64,000 nucleotides of DNA, from the NCBI GenBank assembly GCA_963702475.1, contig CAVPCT010000004.1, positions 1-64,000 of the forward strand, in the 5' to 3' direction. Position 1 is the stretch's first letter, and every line of letters begins with the position of its first letter. The translations under genes and the position numbers were made by a program. Below are positions 39,206 through 54,536 of this stretch, one piece after another. The stretch comes from an uncultured Thermoleophilia bacterium. GTDB taxonomy: Bacteria > Actinomycetota > Thermoleophilia > UBA2241. The notes beneath the pieces are model-generated. The model worked only from the letters and a program-made list of their open reading frames with translations. It was not told where the DNA came from and did not search any database.

Positions 39206-40562
39206 ATGCAGAACACGACGAGCGACACCACCCGGGGACAGCGGATCCGCGACCTCGACCACGAGCACGTGATCCACTCGTGGTCGGTGCAATCGAAGAT
39301 CAGCCCGCTGCCGGTCGCGCGCGCCGAAGGCCGCTACTTCTGGGACTACGACGGCAAGCGCTACCTCGACTTCTCGTCGCAGCTGGTCAACGTCAACATC
39401 GGCCACCAGCACCCCAAGCTGGTCGAGGCGATCGTCGAGCAGGCGCGCACGCTCTGTACGATCGCTCCCTCGGTCGCCAACGACAAGCGCTCCGAGCTCG
39501 CCCGCCTGCTCGCCGAGATCACGCCGGGCGACCTGTGCGCGGCCTTCTTCACCAACGGCGGCGCCGAGGCCAACGAGAACGCCATCAAGCTGGCGACGGT
39601 GGTACACGGGCCGCCCGAAGATCGTCGCCCGCTACCGCTCGTACCACGGGGCGACCGCCGGCGCCGTCGCGCTCACCGGCGACCCCCGGCGCTGGCCGGC
39701 GGAACCGGGCGTCCCCGGCGTGGTGCGCATGTTCGACCCGTACACGTACAGGTGCTCTGCCGGCCACCCCGACCCGTGCCCGGTGTGCTCGGGCGGCCCC
39801 CACCTGGAGGAGATCCTGCAGTACGAAGGGCCGCAGACGGTCGCCGCCGTCATCCTGGAGACGGTCACGGGCACGAACGGCATCATCGTGCCACCCGACG
39901 GCTACCTTCAGTCGATCCGCGAGGTCTGCGACCGCTACGGCGTGCTGCTCATCTGCGACGAGGTCATGGCCGGGTTCGGGCGTACCGGCAGATGGTTCGC
40001 CTGCGAGCACTGGGGTGTGACTCCCGACATCATGACGGTCGCGAAGGGCATCAACTCGGGGTACGTGCCGCTGGGCGCCATGATCGTGCGCGAGCCCATC
40101 AGGAGGTGGCTCGAAGACAGGTACTTCGCCGGCGGCCTCACCTACAGTGGTCACCCCCTCGCTTGCGCTTCCGGCGTCGCCTCGATCAACATCTTCCGGG
40201 AGGAGAAGATCGTCGAGAACGCCGCCGCCATGGGCGAGCTGGTGGGCACGCGCGTCGCCGTGATGCAGGAGCGGCACCCGTCGATCGGAGAGACGCGCGG
40301 CCTCGGCCTCTTCTGGGGTCTCGAGCTGGTGCGCGACCGCGAGACCCGCGAGCCGCTCGTCCCGTTCAACGCAGGCGGGGAGGCCGCGGCCCCCATGACG
40401 CGGCTCGTCAAGGAGGCCGCGGCCCGCGGCCTGCTCCTCATGACCCACTTCAACGTGGCGATGATCTGCCCGCCGCTGACCATCACCCGCGAGGAGCTCG
40501 AGGAAGGGCTCGCGATCCTCGACGAGATCCTCTGTCTCGCCGACGAGGAGGCCGGCGGCTGA
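39206..40562 (+). CDS. Class III (omega-amino acid) aminotransferase, beta-alanine/taurine/GABA-type (+1 frameshift near 39596)
   Basis: DGKRYLDFSSQLVNVNIGH, TNGGAEANE, RYRSYHG, ETVTG, DEVMAGFGRTG, TVAKG, GLTYSGHP. Confidence 0.87.
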
Positions 40563-40624
40563 GGGCGGCAACCACGCCCAGCGCACCGGCCAGGCAGCTT
40601 ACCCACCCAGACGAAAGGACAGAC

Positions 40625-42125
<1,501 letters not shown>

Positions 42126-42167
42126 CGAGCGCCCCGCCGATGCCACACGAGCGCTGGAGGAGAGGAC

Positions 42168-42524
42168 ATGGAGAGAGCCGCGGCACTGGTCAAGTCCGGG
42201 GACATCGCCCCCATCGTGCCCGCCAAGCACGTCAACACCGACACGTGGGTGCTGGTCAAGCCGGCGACGACCGGCAACACGCAGTGCGAGTTCTACGTGA
42301 CCGAGATGAAGCAGGGCGGTGGAGCCGACTGGGACGAGCATCCGGGATGTGAGCACATCTACTACGTCCTGTCCGGGCGCGCCCACATGTGCGTCGAGGA
42401 CGAGGAGTTCGACCTCGAGCCGGGCGACTGCCTGCTCATGCGGGAGGGCGCGCGCCACAAGGTCGACGTGACGGGCAGCGAGACCTTCCGCATCGCGGTC
42501 GTCTTCGCCCCGGGACGCGTGTGA
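42168..42524 (+). CDS. Cupin domain protein
   Basis: Motif 1 GGGADWDEHPGCEHIYYVLSG, motif 2 LEPGDCLLMREGARH, C-terminal VVFAP. Confidence 0.85.
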   Translation: MERAAALVKSGDIAPIVPAKHVNTDTWVLVKPATTGNTQCEFYVTEMKQGGGADWDEHPGCEHIYYVLSGRAHMCVEDEEFDLEPGDCLLMREGARHKVDVTGSETFRIAVVFAPGRV

Positions 42525-43951
42525 TGGCGAGCGGCAGCCGGCCGCGCTTCGAGCTCCTCAGCGCTGCCGAGATCGAGCGCATCCACGCCGCGGCGCTGGA
42601 CGTCCTCGAGTCCACCGGGGTGTTCGTAGAATCCCCCGACGCGCTGGAGATCTTCGCCGCTGCCGGCTGCCGCATCGAGACCGCCCGGAGGATCGCGCAC
42701 CTCCCCCCCGCCGTCGTGGAGGCGGCCGTCCGCGAGGCTCCCGGCCGTGTGGTCGCACACGGTCGGGAGCGCGGACGCGACGTCGCCTTCGAAGAGTTCG
42801 GCGTGACGTTCACCTCGTTCGGCGAGGGCATCTACGTGGTCGACCCGTTCACGGGCGAACGGCGGGAGTCCTCCAAGGCCGACGTGGGTACGGCAGCGCT
42901 AGCGGTGGACGCGATCGACGACATCGCCATCTGCGAGCGAACGCTGGGCGCCCGGGACGTGCCCCAGCACGTGGCCGCCCTCCACAACGCCGACGCGATC
43001 CTCCGGAACACCACAAAGCACGTCTTCCTCGGCGCCCAGAACGGGTTCGTAGCCGAACGTATCGTGGCACTCCAGCGCGCCATCCTCGGCTCCCCTCAGG
43101 CCGTGCGCGAGCGTTCGCTGGTCACCTTCACGGCCTGCCCTGTGAGCCCTCTCAAGCTGGTCGCCGACTGCTGTGAGGTCATCATGACCGGCGCCCGCCA
43201 CGGCGTGCCGCTGAACATCGTGTCCATGGCGATGGCGGGCGCATCCGCGCCGGTCACCCTGGCCGGGACCCTCGTCACCCACAACGCCGAGGTCCTGGCC
43301 GGCATCACCCTGGCCCAGCTCGCGGCGCCGGGGACGCCGGTGGTGTACGGCAGCGCCTCTACGAGCATCGACCTGCGTCTGGGGTCCGCCGCCGTCGGCT
43401 CTCCCGAGCTGGGCCTGATCAACGCCGCCATCGCGCAACTCGCGCGGCGCTACGGGCTGCCGAGCTTCGTCGCCGGTGGTCTCGGCGACGGCAAGGTCTC
43501 GGACGCCCAGGCGGGTCACGAGAAGACGCTCACGGCGCTGCTCACGGCGCTGTCGGGCGCCAACATCATCTTCGGCCTCGGCATGATCGAGTCGGGGCTC
43601 ACCTTCGACTACGCCCAACTCGTGATGGACGCCGAGTTCGCACGCATGATCGCGCTGTGCCTCGGCGGCGTGCGGGTCGACGACGAGTCCCTGGCCGTCG
43701 CCGACATCCGCGCCGTGGGCCCGTTCGGCGACTTCCTGAGTCTCGACGCCACGCTGCGTCACATGCGTGAGCAGAGCCAGGCCCGCGTCATGGACCGGCG
43801 GGTGCGGGACGAGTGGCTGGCTCAGGGCGGGACGGACATCTACGCGCGCGCCACGCTGGAGGCGCGCCGCATCCTGCGCGACCACCGCCCTCACCCGCTG
43901 CCCGACGACGTGCAGGCGGAGATGACGCGCATCGTGGCCGAAGCGACGTAG
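42524..43951 (+). CDS. MttB family methyltransferase of the Pyl-like clade but with Leu at the Pyl site
   Basis: FTSFGEG, LHNADA, CPVSPLKL, SMAMAG, VTHNAEVL, PSFVAGG-L-GDGKVSDAQAGHEKT. ATG overlaps the cupin stop. Confidence 0.9.
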   Translation: MASGSRPRFELLSAAEIERIHAAALDVLESTGVFVESPDALEIFAAAGCRIETARRIAHLPPAVVEAAVREAPGRVVAHGRERGRDVAFEEFGVTFTSFGEGIYVVDPFTGERRESSKADVGTAALAVDAIDDIAICERTLGARDVPQHVAALHNADAILRNTTKHVFLGAQNGFVAERIVALQRAILGSPQAVRERSLVTFTACPVSPLKLVADCCEVIMTGARHGVPLNIVSMAMAGASAPVTLAGTLVTHNAEVLAGITLAQLAAPGTPVVYGSASTSIDLRLGSAAVGSPELGLINAAIAQLARRYGLPSFVAGGLGDGKVSDAQAGHEKTLTALLTALSGANIIFGLGMIESGLTFDYAQLVMDAEFARMIALCLGGVRVDDESLAVADIRAVGPFGDFLSLDATLRHMREQSQARVMDRRVRDEWLAQGGTDIYARATLEARRILRDHRPHPLPDDVQAEMTRIVAEAT

Positions 43952-44032
43952 CGCAGCGATGACCGAGCAGAGCGGGACGCAAGCGCCGTCAGGCGACGGC
44001 TCGCCGGTCTCCTGAGCGAAGGGCGCGAGACG

Positions 44033-45577
44033 ATGGGCAAGAGCATGTTCGACATCCTGCGGGAGCTGGACGCCAAGCGCGCCGCAGCCCGCGCCGGCGG
44101 CGGAGCAGAGCGCATAGCGGCGCAGCACGCCCACGGCAAGCTCACCGCCCGCGAGCGCCTGGAAGTGCTGCTCGATCCCAACTCCTTCGAGGAGTGGGAC
44201 ATGTTCGTCGAGCACCGCTGCGGCGACTTCGGGATGGACCAGCGCAAGATCCCGGGCGACGGCGTGGTGACCGGGTACGGCACCGTCAACGGACGGCTCG
44301 TGTTCGTGTTCAGCCAGGATTTCACGGTGTTCGGCGGCTCGCTCTCCGAGGCCCACGCCGAGAAGATCTGCAAGATCATGGATCACGCCATGAGGGTGGG
44401 CGCACCCGTCATCGGCCTGAACGACTCGGGCGGGGCACGCATCCAGGAAGGGGTGGCTTCTCTGGGCGGCTACGCCGAGGTCTTCCAGCGCAACATCCTC
44501 GCCTCCGGCGTCATCCCGCAGATCTCCCTCATCATGGGTCCGTGCGCAGGGGGTGCGGTGTACTCGCCGGCGATGACCGATTTCATCTTCATGGTCAGGG
44601 ACTCCTCGTACATGTTCGTCACCGGTCCCGACGTGGTCCGCGCGGTGACCCACGAGGAGGTGACGGCGGAACAGCTCGGCGGCGCCTTCACCCACACGAC
44701 GAAGTCGGGCGTGGCCGACCTCGCCTTCGAGAACGACGTCGACGCTCTGCTCATGATCCGCCGTTTCATGAACTACCTGCCGGCGAACAGCCGCGAGGCC
44801 CCGCCGACGCAGCCGACCAGCGACCCTGCCGACCGCCTCGAGCCGTCGCTCGACAGCCTCGTGCCGGACGACCCCAACCAGCCGTACGACATCAAGGAGC
44901 TCATCTTCAAGGTCGTCGACGACTGGGAGTTCTTCGAGCTGCAGCCCGACTACGCGCGCAACATCGTCATCGGCCTGGCTCGCATGGACGGGCGGCCGGT
45001 CGGCGTGGTCGCCAACCAGCCGCTCGTCCTGGCCGGGTGTCTCGACGTGCGCTCCGCCGTCAAGGCGGCGCGGTTCGTGCGCTTCTGCGACGCCTTCAAC
45101 CTCCCGCTCGTCACGTTCGTCGACGTGCCCGGGTTCCTCCCCGGCATCGAGCAGGAGCAGGGCGGCATCATCAAGGACGGCGCCAAGCTCCTCTTCGCCT
45201 ACGGCGAGTGTACCGTGCCCAAGGTCACGGTCATCACCCGCAAAGCCTACGGGGGCGCCTACGACGTCATGAGCTCGAAGCATCTGCGCGGGGACGTGAA
45301 CTTCGCCTGGCCCTCGGCGGAGATCGCCGTCATGGGGCCCAAGGGCGCCGTGGAGATCGTCTTCCGGGCCGATCTCGGCGACCAGGAGAAGATCGCCGCC
45401 CGTGCGGAGGAGTACGCGAGGAAGTTCGCCAACCCGTTCGTCGCCGGGCACCGCGGCTTCATCGACGACGTCATCATGCCGAGCGAGACGCGCAAGAGGA
45501 TCTGCCGCTCCCTCGCCATGCTTCGCGACAAGCGACTGGAGAACCCGTGGCGCAAGCACAACACGATGCCGCTGTGA
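44033..45577 (+). CDS. pccB: Propionyl-CoA carboxylase beta (carboxyltransferase) subunit
   Basis: [61 protein letters not shown]. Confidence 0.92.
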   Translation: MGKSMFDILRELDAKRAAARAGGGAERIAAQHAHGKLTARERLEVLLDPNSFEEWDMFVEHRCGDFGMDQRKIPGDGVVTGYGTVNGRLVFVFSQDFTVFGGSLSEAHAEKICKIMDHAMRVGAPVIGLNDSGGARIQEGVASLGGYAEVFQRNILASGVIPQISLIMGPCAGGAVYSPAMTDFIFMVRDSSYMFVTGPDVVRAVTHEEVTAEQLGGAFTHTTKSGVADLAFENDVDALLMIRRFMNYLPANSREAPPTQPTSDPADRLEPSLDSLVPDDPNQPYDIKELIFKVVDDWEFFELQPDYARNIVIGLARMDGRPVGVVANQPLVLAGCLDVRSAVKAARFVRFCDAFNLPLVTFVDVPGFLPGIEQEQGGIIKDGAKLLFAYGECTVPKVTVITRKAYGGAYDVMSSKHLRGDVNFAWPSAEIAVMGPKGAVEIVFRADLGDQEKIAARAEEYARKFANPFVAGHRGFIDDVIMPSETRKRICRSLAMLRDKRLENPWRKHNTMPL

Positions 45578-45658
45578 GCGACCCCCTTGCGCGGCCGGGC
45601 CGCCGCCTGCTCCGCCCGGCTGCCGCCGCGCAGTGCGGACCACGACGCCGGTGACGCC

Positions 45659-47643
45659 GTGTTCGACAAGATCCTGATTGCCAACCGCGGCGAGATCGCC
45701 TGCCGCGTCATCAGGACCGCGCGACGGCTCGGCATCGCCACGGTGGCCGTGTTCTCGGAGGCCGATCGCGACGCTCTGCACCTGCGCCTGGCCGACGAGG
45801 GCGTCCCCATCGGCCCCGCGCCGGCCGGGCTCTCGTACCTGGACGTCGACAGGATCGTCGAGGCGTGCAGGCTGACCGGCGCGACCGCGGTGCACCCCTG
45901 TTACGGCTTCCTCGCTGAGAACGCCAGCTTCTGCGAGCGCCTCGAGGCCGAGGGCATCACGTTCATCGGCCCGCCGGCGGCCTCCATCCGCGCCATGGGC
46001 GACAAGATCGCCGCGAAGCAGCTGGCCGAACGCGCGGGGCTCGCCGTGATCCCCGGCTCACAGCTCGTGGCCGGGGGCGACGAGCCGGCGCTGACCGCCG
46101 CCGAGCAGGTCGGCTACCCGGTGATGCTCAAGGCTGCGGCCGGGGGCGGCGGCAAGGGCATGCGCGTCGCCTGGAGCCCCGACCAGCTGCTCGAATCGCT
46201 CGGCCCCTGCCGGGCCGAAGCGCGCAACAGCTTCGGCGACGACCGCGTCTTCCTCGAGAGATACATCGTGGATCCGCGACACATCGAGTTCCAGGTGCTC
46301 GGGGACGCACACGGCGACGTCGTCCACCTCTGGGAGCGCGAGTGCTCCATCCAGCGCCGGCACCAGAAGGTCATCGAGGAGGCGCCGTCGCCGTTCCTCG
46401 ACCAGGCGACGCGCGAGAAGATGGGCTCGCAGGCGGTCGCGCTCGCGAAGGCCGCCGGGTACCGTTCGGCCGGTACGGTGGAGTTCGTCGTCGACGGGGA
46501 CGGCGCATTCTACTTCCTCGAGATGAACACGCGTATCCAGGTCGAGCATCCGGTCACGGAGATGATCACCGGCCTCGACCTGGTGGAGGCCATGATCCGC
46601 ATCGCGGCGGGAGAACAGCTCCCGGTCAGGCAGGAGGACGTGCGCAGCGACGGCTGGGCGCTCGAGTGCCGCATCAACGCGGAGGACCCGTTCCACAACT
46701 TCCTGCCGTCGGTCGGACGCCTCGTCCGCTACCTGCCGCCCGCCGAGGTCGACGGCCACGTGCGGGTGGACACGGGCGTGGAGGAGGGCGACACCGTCAC
46801 GCCCCACTACGACTCGCTCGTCGCCAAGCTCATCACGCACGAGGCGACGCGCGCGGATGCCGTCGCGAGCATGCGCGCAGCGCTCGACCGATTCGTCGTC
46901 CGCGGCGTGAGCACCAACATCGCCTTCCAGGCGGCCCTGCTGCGGCACCCCCGCTTCACGAGCGGCGACTTCCACACCGGCTTCATGGCCCAGGAGTATC
47001 CAGACGGCTTCGACGCCACCGACATGCCGCACGTCGACAAGGTCCTGCTCATTGCGGTCGCCGCCTTGGTCCACCGTACCCGCATCGACCGGCAGGCTTC
47101 GGTCTCCGGCCAGCTGCCGGGGCACGAGCTCAAGGTCGCCGAGGAGTGGACCGTCGTCCTGGACGGTGAACGACACCCCGTCGCCGTCGCGCCCGCGAGG
47201 GGCGGCTACATCGTGACGTACGAAGGTCAGGCGATGAAGATCGTCTCCGGATGGCGGCTCGGCCAGCCTCTCCTCTCCGGCACCCGTGACGGTACGCCGT
47301 TCTGCATCCAGGTCGAGCACGTGGGAATGAAGTACCGGCTCACGTACAGCGGCACCCAGGCCGATGTCCGCGTCATGTCGGCCCGCGCGACCGAGCTGCT
47401 GCTGCGCATGCCGGAGAAGCCGCCCCGCGACCTCGGCGGCGTTCTGCTCTCGCCCATGCCCGGCGTGCTCACCAGGCTCGACGTGGCGGAAGGGCAGCAG
47501 GTCCGGACCGGCGAACCTCTTGCTGTGGTAGAAGCCATGAAGATGGAGAACGTCCTGCGTGCAGAAAGCGACTGCCTGGTCTCCAGGCTGCTGCTGGAGC
47601 CCGGCGACAGCGTGACCGTCGGCCAGCCGATCATGGAGTTCGG

Positions 47644-47647
<4 letters not shown>
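45659..47647 (+). CDS. pccA: Propionyl-CoA carboxylase alpha subunit (biotin carboxylase plus biotin carrier)
   Basis: [45 protein letters not shown], biotin site EAMKME. GTG start at 45659. Confidence 0.92.
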
Positions 47648-49826
<2,179 letters not shown>

Positions 49827-49830
<4 letters not shown>

Positions 49831-50867
49831 GTCGAGCGTCGTCATCCGGGCGGCCTCCCTCGCCCGAAGAGCTTGCGACGCAGGTCCGCCGCGGAGACCG
49901 GCGCGCACTGGCCAGGGCCATCACGCTCGTCGAGTCGACGCACCCGAGCGACCAGGCCAGAGCCCTGGCCCTGCTCGAGGCGCTCCATCCCCACGCCGGC
50001 GGCTCCCTGCGCATCGGCGTGTCCGGCGCCCCCGGCGTCGGGAAGTCCACCCTCGTCGAGGCGCTGGGGCTCAGGATCATCGAGGCCGGGCACCGGCCTG
50101 CCGTCCTCGCCGTGGACCCGTCGTCATCGCTCTCCGGCGGATCCGTGCTCGGAGACAAGACCCGTATGGAGCATCTGGCCCATCGTGAGGCGGCCTTCAT
50201 CCGCCCGTCCCCGGCGGCGGGCGCGCGCGGCGGCGTGGCCGCGCGCACGCCGGAGACCATCGAGGTGTGCGAGGCCGCCGGGTTCGACGTCGTGTTCGTC
50301 GAGACCGTCGGCGTCGGTCAAGCCGAGGCCGAAGTGGCCGGCATGACCGACGTGTTCGCCCTGCTGGACCTGCCGTTCGCCGGGGACGGGCTGCAGGCCA
50401 TCAAGCGAGGAGCCACGGAGCTGGCGGACGTGGTCGTGTACACCAAGGCGGACCTCGACGCCGCTGCTGCGGCCGTCGCCTGCGAGCGCATGAACGAGGC
50501 CTTCCAGCTGCTGCGCCCCGTGCGCGTCTCGTGGCGCCCCCGGGCACTCGCAGTGAGCGCCCTCACCGGAGCCGGCGTGGACGCACTGTGGGAGCACCTC
50601 GCAGAGTCGAGGGACCTCGCCGTCGCCAACGGGGAGACCGACGCCCGGCGCGCGCAGCAGGCGGTCGCTCGTCTGACGGCGCTCATCGACGCGGGGCTGC
50701 GTAGCACCCTGCTGCGCCAGGCGGGGCTGGACGAGCGCCTTGCTGCTCTCGAGAAGGCCGTGGCCCTCGGCCGGACATCCCCGCTGGCCGCGGCCGAGGT
50801 GTTCCTGGATGCGGCCGTCCGGCGCATGACAGCATCTGACCCGGCCGCGCGCCCGGCCGGCGCCTGA
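49827..50867 (+). CDS. meaB: Methylmalonyl-CoA mutase-associated GTPase
   Basis: [35 protein letters not shown]. Confidence 0.92.
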
Positions 50868-50900
50868 CGCGCCGGCCGGGCGCGCGGGGCGCGCGAGACC

Positions 50901-51392
50901 TCACTCGTGCGCCGGCGCCTCGGCCTGGGGGGTCAGCGCTGCGATCACATCCGGGGGCGCCTGCACCAACTCGATGAGCACGCCCTCACCCCCTAGCGGC
51001 GATTCCTCGCTCCCCTTGGGGTGGATGAAGCACACGTCGTAGCCGGAAGCCCCTCTCCTGATGCCGCCCGCGGCGAAGCGCACACCCCGGGCGGCGAGCC
51101 AGTCACGAGCGGCCGCCAGGTCGTTCACCCAGAGGCCGATGTGATTGAGGGCCGGCTCGTCCACACGCGGGCGGGCATCCGGGTCGATCGGCTGCATCAG
51201 GTCGATCTCGCAGCGGTGAGCGCCGGTGCCCAGCGACAGGATGGCCTCATCCACGTTCTCCGCAGCCGACTGGTTGCTGCCCGACGGCGTGAGTCCGAGG
51301 TGGTCCACCCACAGGGTCGCGAGGCGGCGCCGGTCTCGCGCCCCGATGGCGATCTGCTGCACCCCAAGGACTCTGAAAGGGCGATCGCTCAC
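50901..51392 (-). CDS. mce: VOC family protein, probable methylmalonyl-CoA epimerase
   Basis: [34 protein letters not shown]...GVLIELVQ. Adjacent to mutase and meaB. GTG start at 51392. Confidence 0.7.
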   Translation of the reverse strand: MSDRPFRVLGVQQIAIGARDRRRLATLWVDHLGLTPSGSNQSAAENVDEAILSLGTGAHRCEIDLMQPIDPDARPRVDEPALNHIGLWVNDLAAARDWLAARGVRFAAGGIRRGASGYDVCFIHPKGSEESPLGGEGVLIELVQAPPDVIAALTPQAEAPAHE

Positions 51393-51578
51393 ACGCGGCT
51401 CCCATCCGTGCTTCCGGACCGTGACGGCCAGATCAGGCGCAGCAGGACTTCCTCGCCGCGCCCGGCTATCCTCTCCGACGCCACGGTCGAAGCCCAAGCC
51501 TCGGCTGCAGCGACCCATCCCCTGGGCCGGGCTCGCCCGCAGGCAGCTGCAGACGACAGGCGAGCCCGGCCCGGTCGC

Positions 51579-53048
51579 TTACCGGCTCACCCCCAGCTCC
51601 CGCTCCGCCTCGGCGACGATGGCCGCCATCTCGGCGGCCGCACCCTCGGGCAGGGGCGTGGGCTCGTGGCTCTCGAGGATGCGCATCGCCTCGGCGCGGG
51701 CCCGCTCGTAGAGGCTCGTCGAACCGGCTGCCGTCCACTCCTCGCGGACGCGGCGGTCGATGAGCCGCGGCTGGCTCTGCTCGCGCATGTGGCGGTAGGT
51801 GTCCTCGTGGGCGAGGAAGTCGCTGAAGGGGCCGACGTCGTGGATCACGTCGACCGAGAGGGTCTCGTCGTTCACGGGGACGCCGTTCACGCAGAACTTG
51901 ATGAGGCGCGCGAACTCGTTGTCCATGACGAGCTGCGCGTAGTCGATGGTCATGCCCGACTCCAGCATCCCGGCCCCGTAGATCAGGTTGGCACCTGCCA
52001 ACGCTGGGAGGAGCCCGGTGAGGGTCTTCTCGTGGCCGGACTGGGCGTCGACCAGCTTGGAGTCGCCCTACTGCCCGGCGACCCAGCTGGGCAGCAGGTA
52101 GTAGCGCGCCAGACAGGCCACGGCGGAGTTGATGAGGGCGCACTCGGGGGAGCCCACGGAGGCGGAGGCGAAGCGGAGGTCGATGGCCGTGGTCGACGAC
52201 CCGTACACCATCGGGGCGCCCTTGCGCACGAGCTGCGCGAGCGTGATGCTCGACAGCACCTCGGCGTTATGGGTGACCACCGTCCCCGCCAGGCTGGCCG
52301 GCGAGGACCCGCCCGCCATGGCCATGGAGACCACGTTGACCGGCACGCCCGAGCGTGCTCCGTCCATGACGATCTCGCACATGTCGCGGATCAGCTTGAG
52401 CGGGCTCACCGGACATGTCACGAACGACAGGATCGGATGCTCGCGCAGCCGCTCCGCGCCGCCGACGATGGCGGCCGCCATCTCGCGCATGCGGCCCGAC
52501 AGATAGCCGTTCATCGATCCGACGAAGGCGTGCTTGGAGCAGTTCGTCAGCATGGCCTCGGCGTTGTGCAGCGGCTGTGTCTCCGCCGGCACGTCGTGCG
52601 CCCCCAGCGGCCGCTCGATGACGTCGATCTCGGGCAGGGCGTCGATGATGCGCGAGCAGTCGCCGACGTCCTTCTTCGTCGTCGGCCGCAGTTCGCCGGT
52701 GTAGGGGTCGATGACGCTGATGCCCTCGCCGAAGTTGGTGAAGCCGACGCGGCCGTCCTCGAGGACGACGTCGTGCTTGGGGTCGCGGCCGTACAGGACG
52801 AGGCGCGAGGGCGTCGAGCGGATCGCGTCCTCGACCACGTGCCCGGGGATCTTGACGATGCCGTCGGCCTCGACCCTGCAGCCGGCGCCGTGGAAGAGCT
52901 CCTGGGCCTCCTCGTCCTCCACGAACACGCCGGTGCGCTCGAGCACATCCAGTGTCGCCATGTGGATGTCGGTGAGCTCGTCCGGCGTGAACACCTCCAG
53001 GTGCAGGCCTCCGCTGCGGCGGTGGCCCGCCTGCAGGTTCCGTCTCAT
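51579..53048 (-). CDS. mttB: Trimethylamine:corrinoid methyltransferase MttB, pyrrolysine-containing (in-frame TAG 52068-52070, codon 327; 489 aa)
   Basis: ORFs 52068..53048 and 51579..52001 are in frame: SWVAGQ-TAG-GDSK..GHEKT. The central region (VPVNVVSMAMAGGSSP..AGTVVTHNAEVLS, YGSSTT) is the most canonical of the three copies. Confidence 0.92.
51589..52181 (-). repeat. 593-bp inverted repeat, copy 2
   Basis: Reverse complement of 38498..39090. Confidence 0.85.
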
Positions 53049-53546
53049 CTCATCGCCTCCCTTCGCGAGCGCTCATGCGAACGCGCCCGCAAGCCGCTTC
53101 GATTGTCCCACTGCCGCCGCTGCGCCGGCGCCGCACGCGTCCGCACCGATCTCGTCGGCGAAGCCCTGCCTTGCTGGAGCGCCTCCGACCATCGCTCCGA
53201 CCTAGCCGCGCATGCCACCCGTTTCGAGGAGCGCGATGGTCTCGCTCTTCCGCGGGACCGCGCTCCTCTGGTCGGCGATGGCGGTCGTCGCGGCACCGCT
53301 ACCCCCCTCCGTGCCGTCTGCGCCATCCGGCGGCTTGGGAACAGGGGGGCTGGACCGGTGTCTCGCCGACACCTTGCGCTGCGCCGCCTTGGCCGTCATG
53401 CGGCCTCCCCGCCCGACACACGTTACTCACCATCCGTCTGGTGTCCAACGAACGGATAGTGTGCAATCTAGGCGCCAGGCCGCACGCTGTCAATGAGACG
53501 TCCCGGGCCGCGCCCGCAGACGCGCGGCGCTCGTCGAAACACGCCG

Positions 53547-54215
53547 TCAGGCGGAGGGCGAGGGGTCCGTGGTCGCGTCCTCACGACCGCGGACCCAGCT
53601 CGTGAGAGCGCCGGCGAAGACCTCGTAAGCTGCGTCGACCGGGAATCTCTCCGCGCTGATCACGTTCTGGACGGCGAGACCGTCGACCACAGCGATGATC
53701 AGTTGGGCGAACCCGCGCGCCTGGTGCTCGTCCAGGCTCTCGAGGCTCTCGGCGAACAGCCTCAGGTACAGATCGACCGCCCACTCGTACATGTTCTCGA
53801 TGCGCTCGCTGTGGCGCTCGTCCCGCAGGATCGCCGGCAGCAGCTCCAGGAACGCCAGATAGGCCTGCGTGTTCTCGCTCATCTCGCGCTTGGCCTGCAC
53901 GAAGGCAGCCATCCGCTCGTCGACCGAGAGTCCTTCCGCCGGCGGAAGGTCGAGCAGCGGAACGAGCAGAGCGATGTTGTCGTGCACCCAGCTGTCCACG
54001 ACGAGCTCCATGAGACCCGCCTTGTTGCGGAAGTAGTACCGCACCGCGGTCTTGTGCAGACCGCACTCCTCGGCGATGTTCTCCAGGCTGAGATAGCCGT
54101 AGCCCTTCTCGATCAGAAGCCGCCGCGTGATCTCCACGATGCGTCGCGCCGTCGGCGGCAGCTCGGCGAGTGGGTCCGGCACGGGATCACGCGGTGCGGG
54201 CGAGTCGACGGCCAC
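53547..54215 (-). CDS. TetR/AcrR family transcriptional regulator (paralog of 27413)
   Basis: RRIVEITRRLLIEKGYGYLSLENIAEECGLHKTAVRYYFRNKAGL. GTG start after GAGGAGGAG. Confidence 0.88.
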   Translation of the reverse strand: MAVDSPAPRDPVPDPLAELPPTARRIVEITRRLLIEKGYGYLSLENIAEECGLHKTAVRYYFRNKAGLMELVVDSWVHDNIALLVPLLDLPPAEGLSVDERMAAFVQAKREMSENTQAYLAFLELLPAILRDERHSERIENMYEWAVDLYLRLFAESLESLDEHQARGFAQLIIAVVDGLAVQNVISAERFPVDAAYEVFAGALTSWVRGREDATTDPSPSA

Positions 54216-54356
54216 ATCTCCTCCTCGTTGAGCGGGTGGTGCACTGGAGACACCCCTGGCGCCGGCAGTGGCCGGCGCTTGCCCGGCAGGCGCAGCATAC
54301 CTCAAGCACCATCCGAATGGTGCGTTGGGTCCGTCGGCCCGCCGCGAGAATCCGCG

Positions 54357-54420
54357 TTGACAGCCACCGCCCGGATGCTATATTTGCGTCCACCATGTGG
54401 TGGCCACCAGCCGACTGGTG
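54357..54420 (+). promoter_or_regulatory. Promoter TTGACA-N16-TATATT with palindrome TGGTGGCCACCA (54398-54409)
   Basis: Matches 35483-35546 block for block. Confidence 0.7.
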
Positions 54421-54536
54421 CAACCTTACTCCTCACGCCGAAAGCGAGTGCAGCCGTGACAGTCGTAGACGACGTCGTGCAGAGGCAGACCAGGGTGGAC
54501 CCGGCCCGCTTCGATCTGGCCGGGTGCGACGCGACG

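Noticed and set aside
42899-45895. Very long antisense and alternate-frame ORFs (e.g. 42899..45895, 37067..39607, 51021..53459)
   Set aside because: Shadow ORFs of GC-rich coding sequence, with no recognisable motifs and overlapping well-supported genes.
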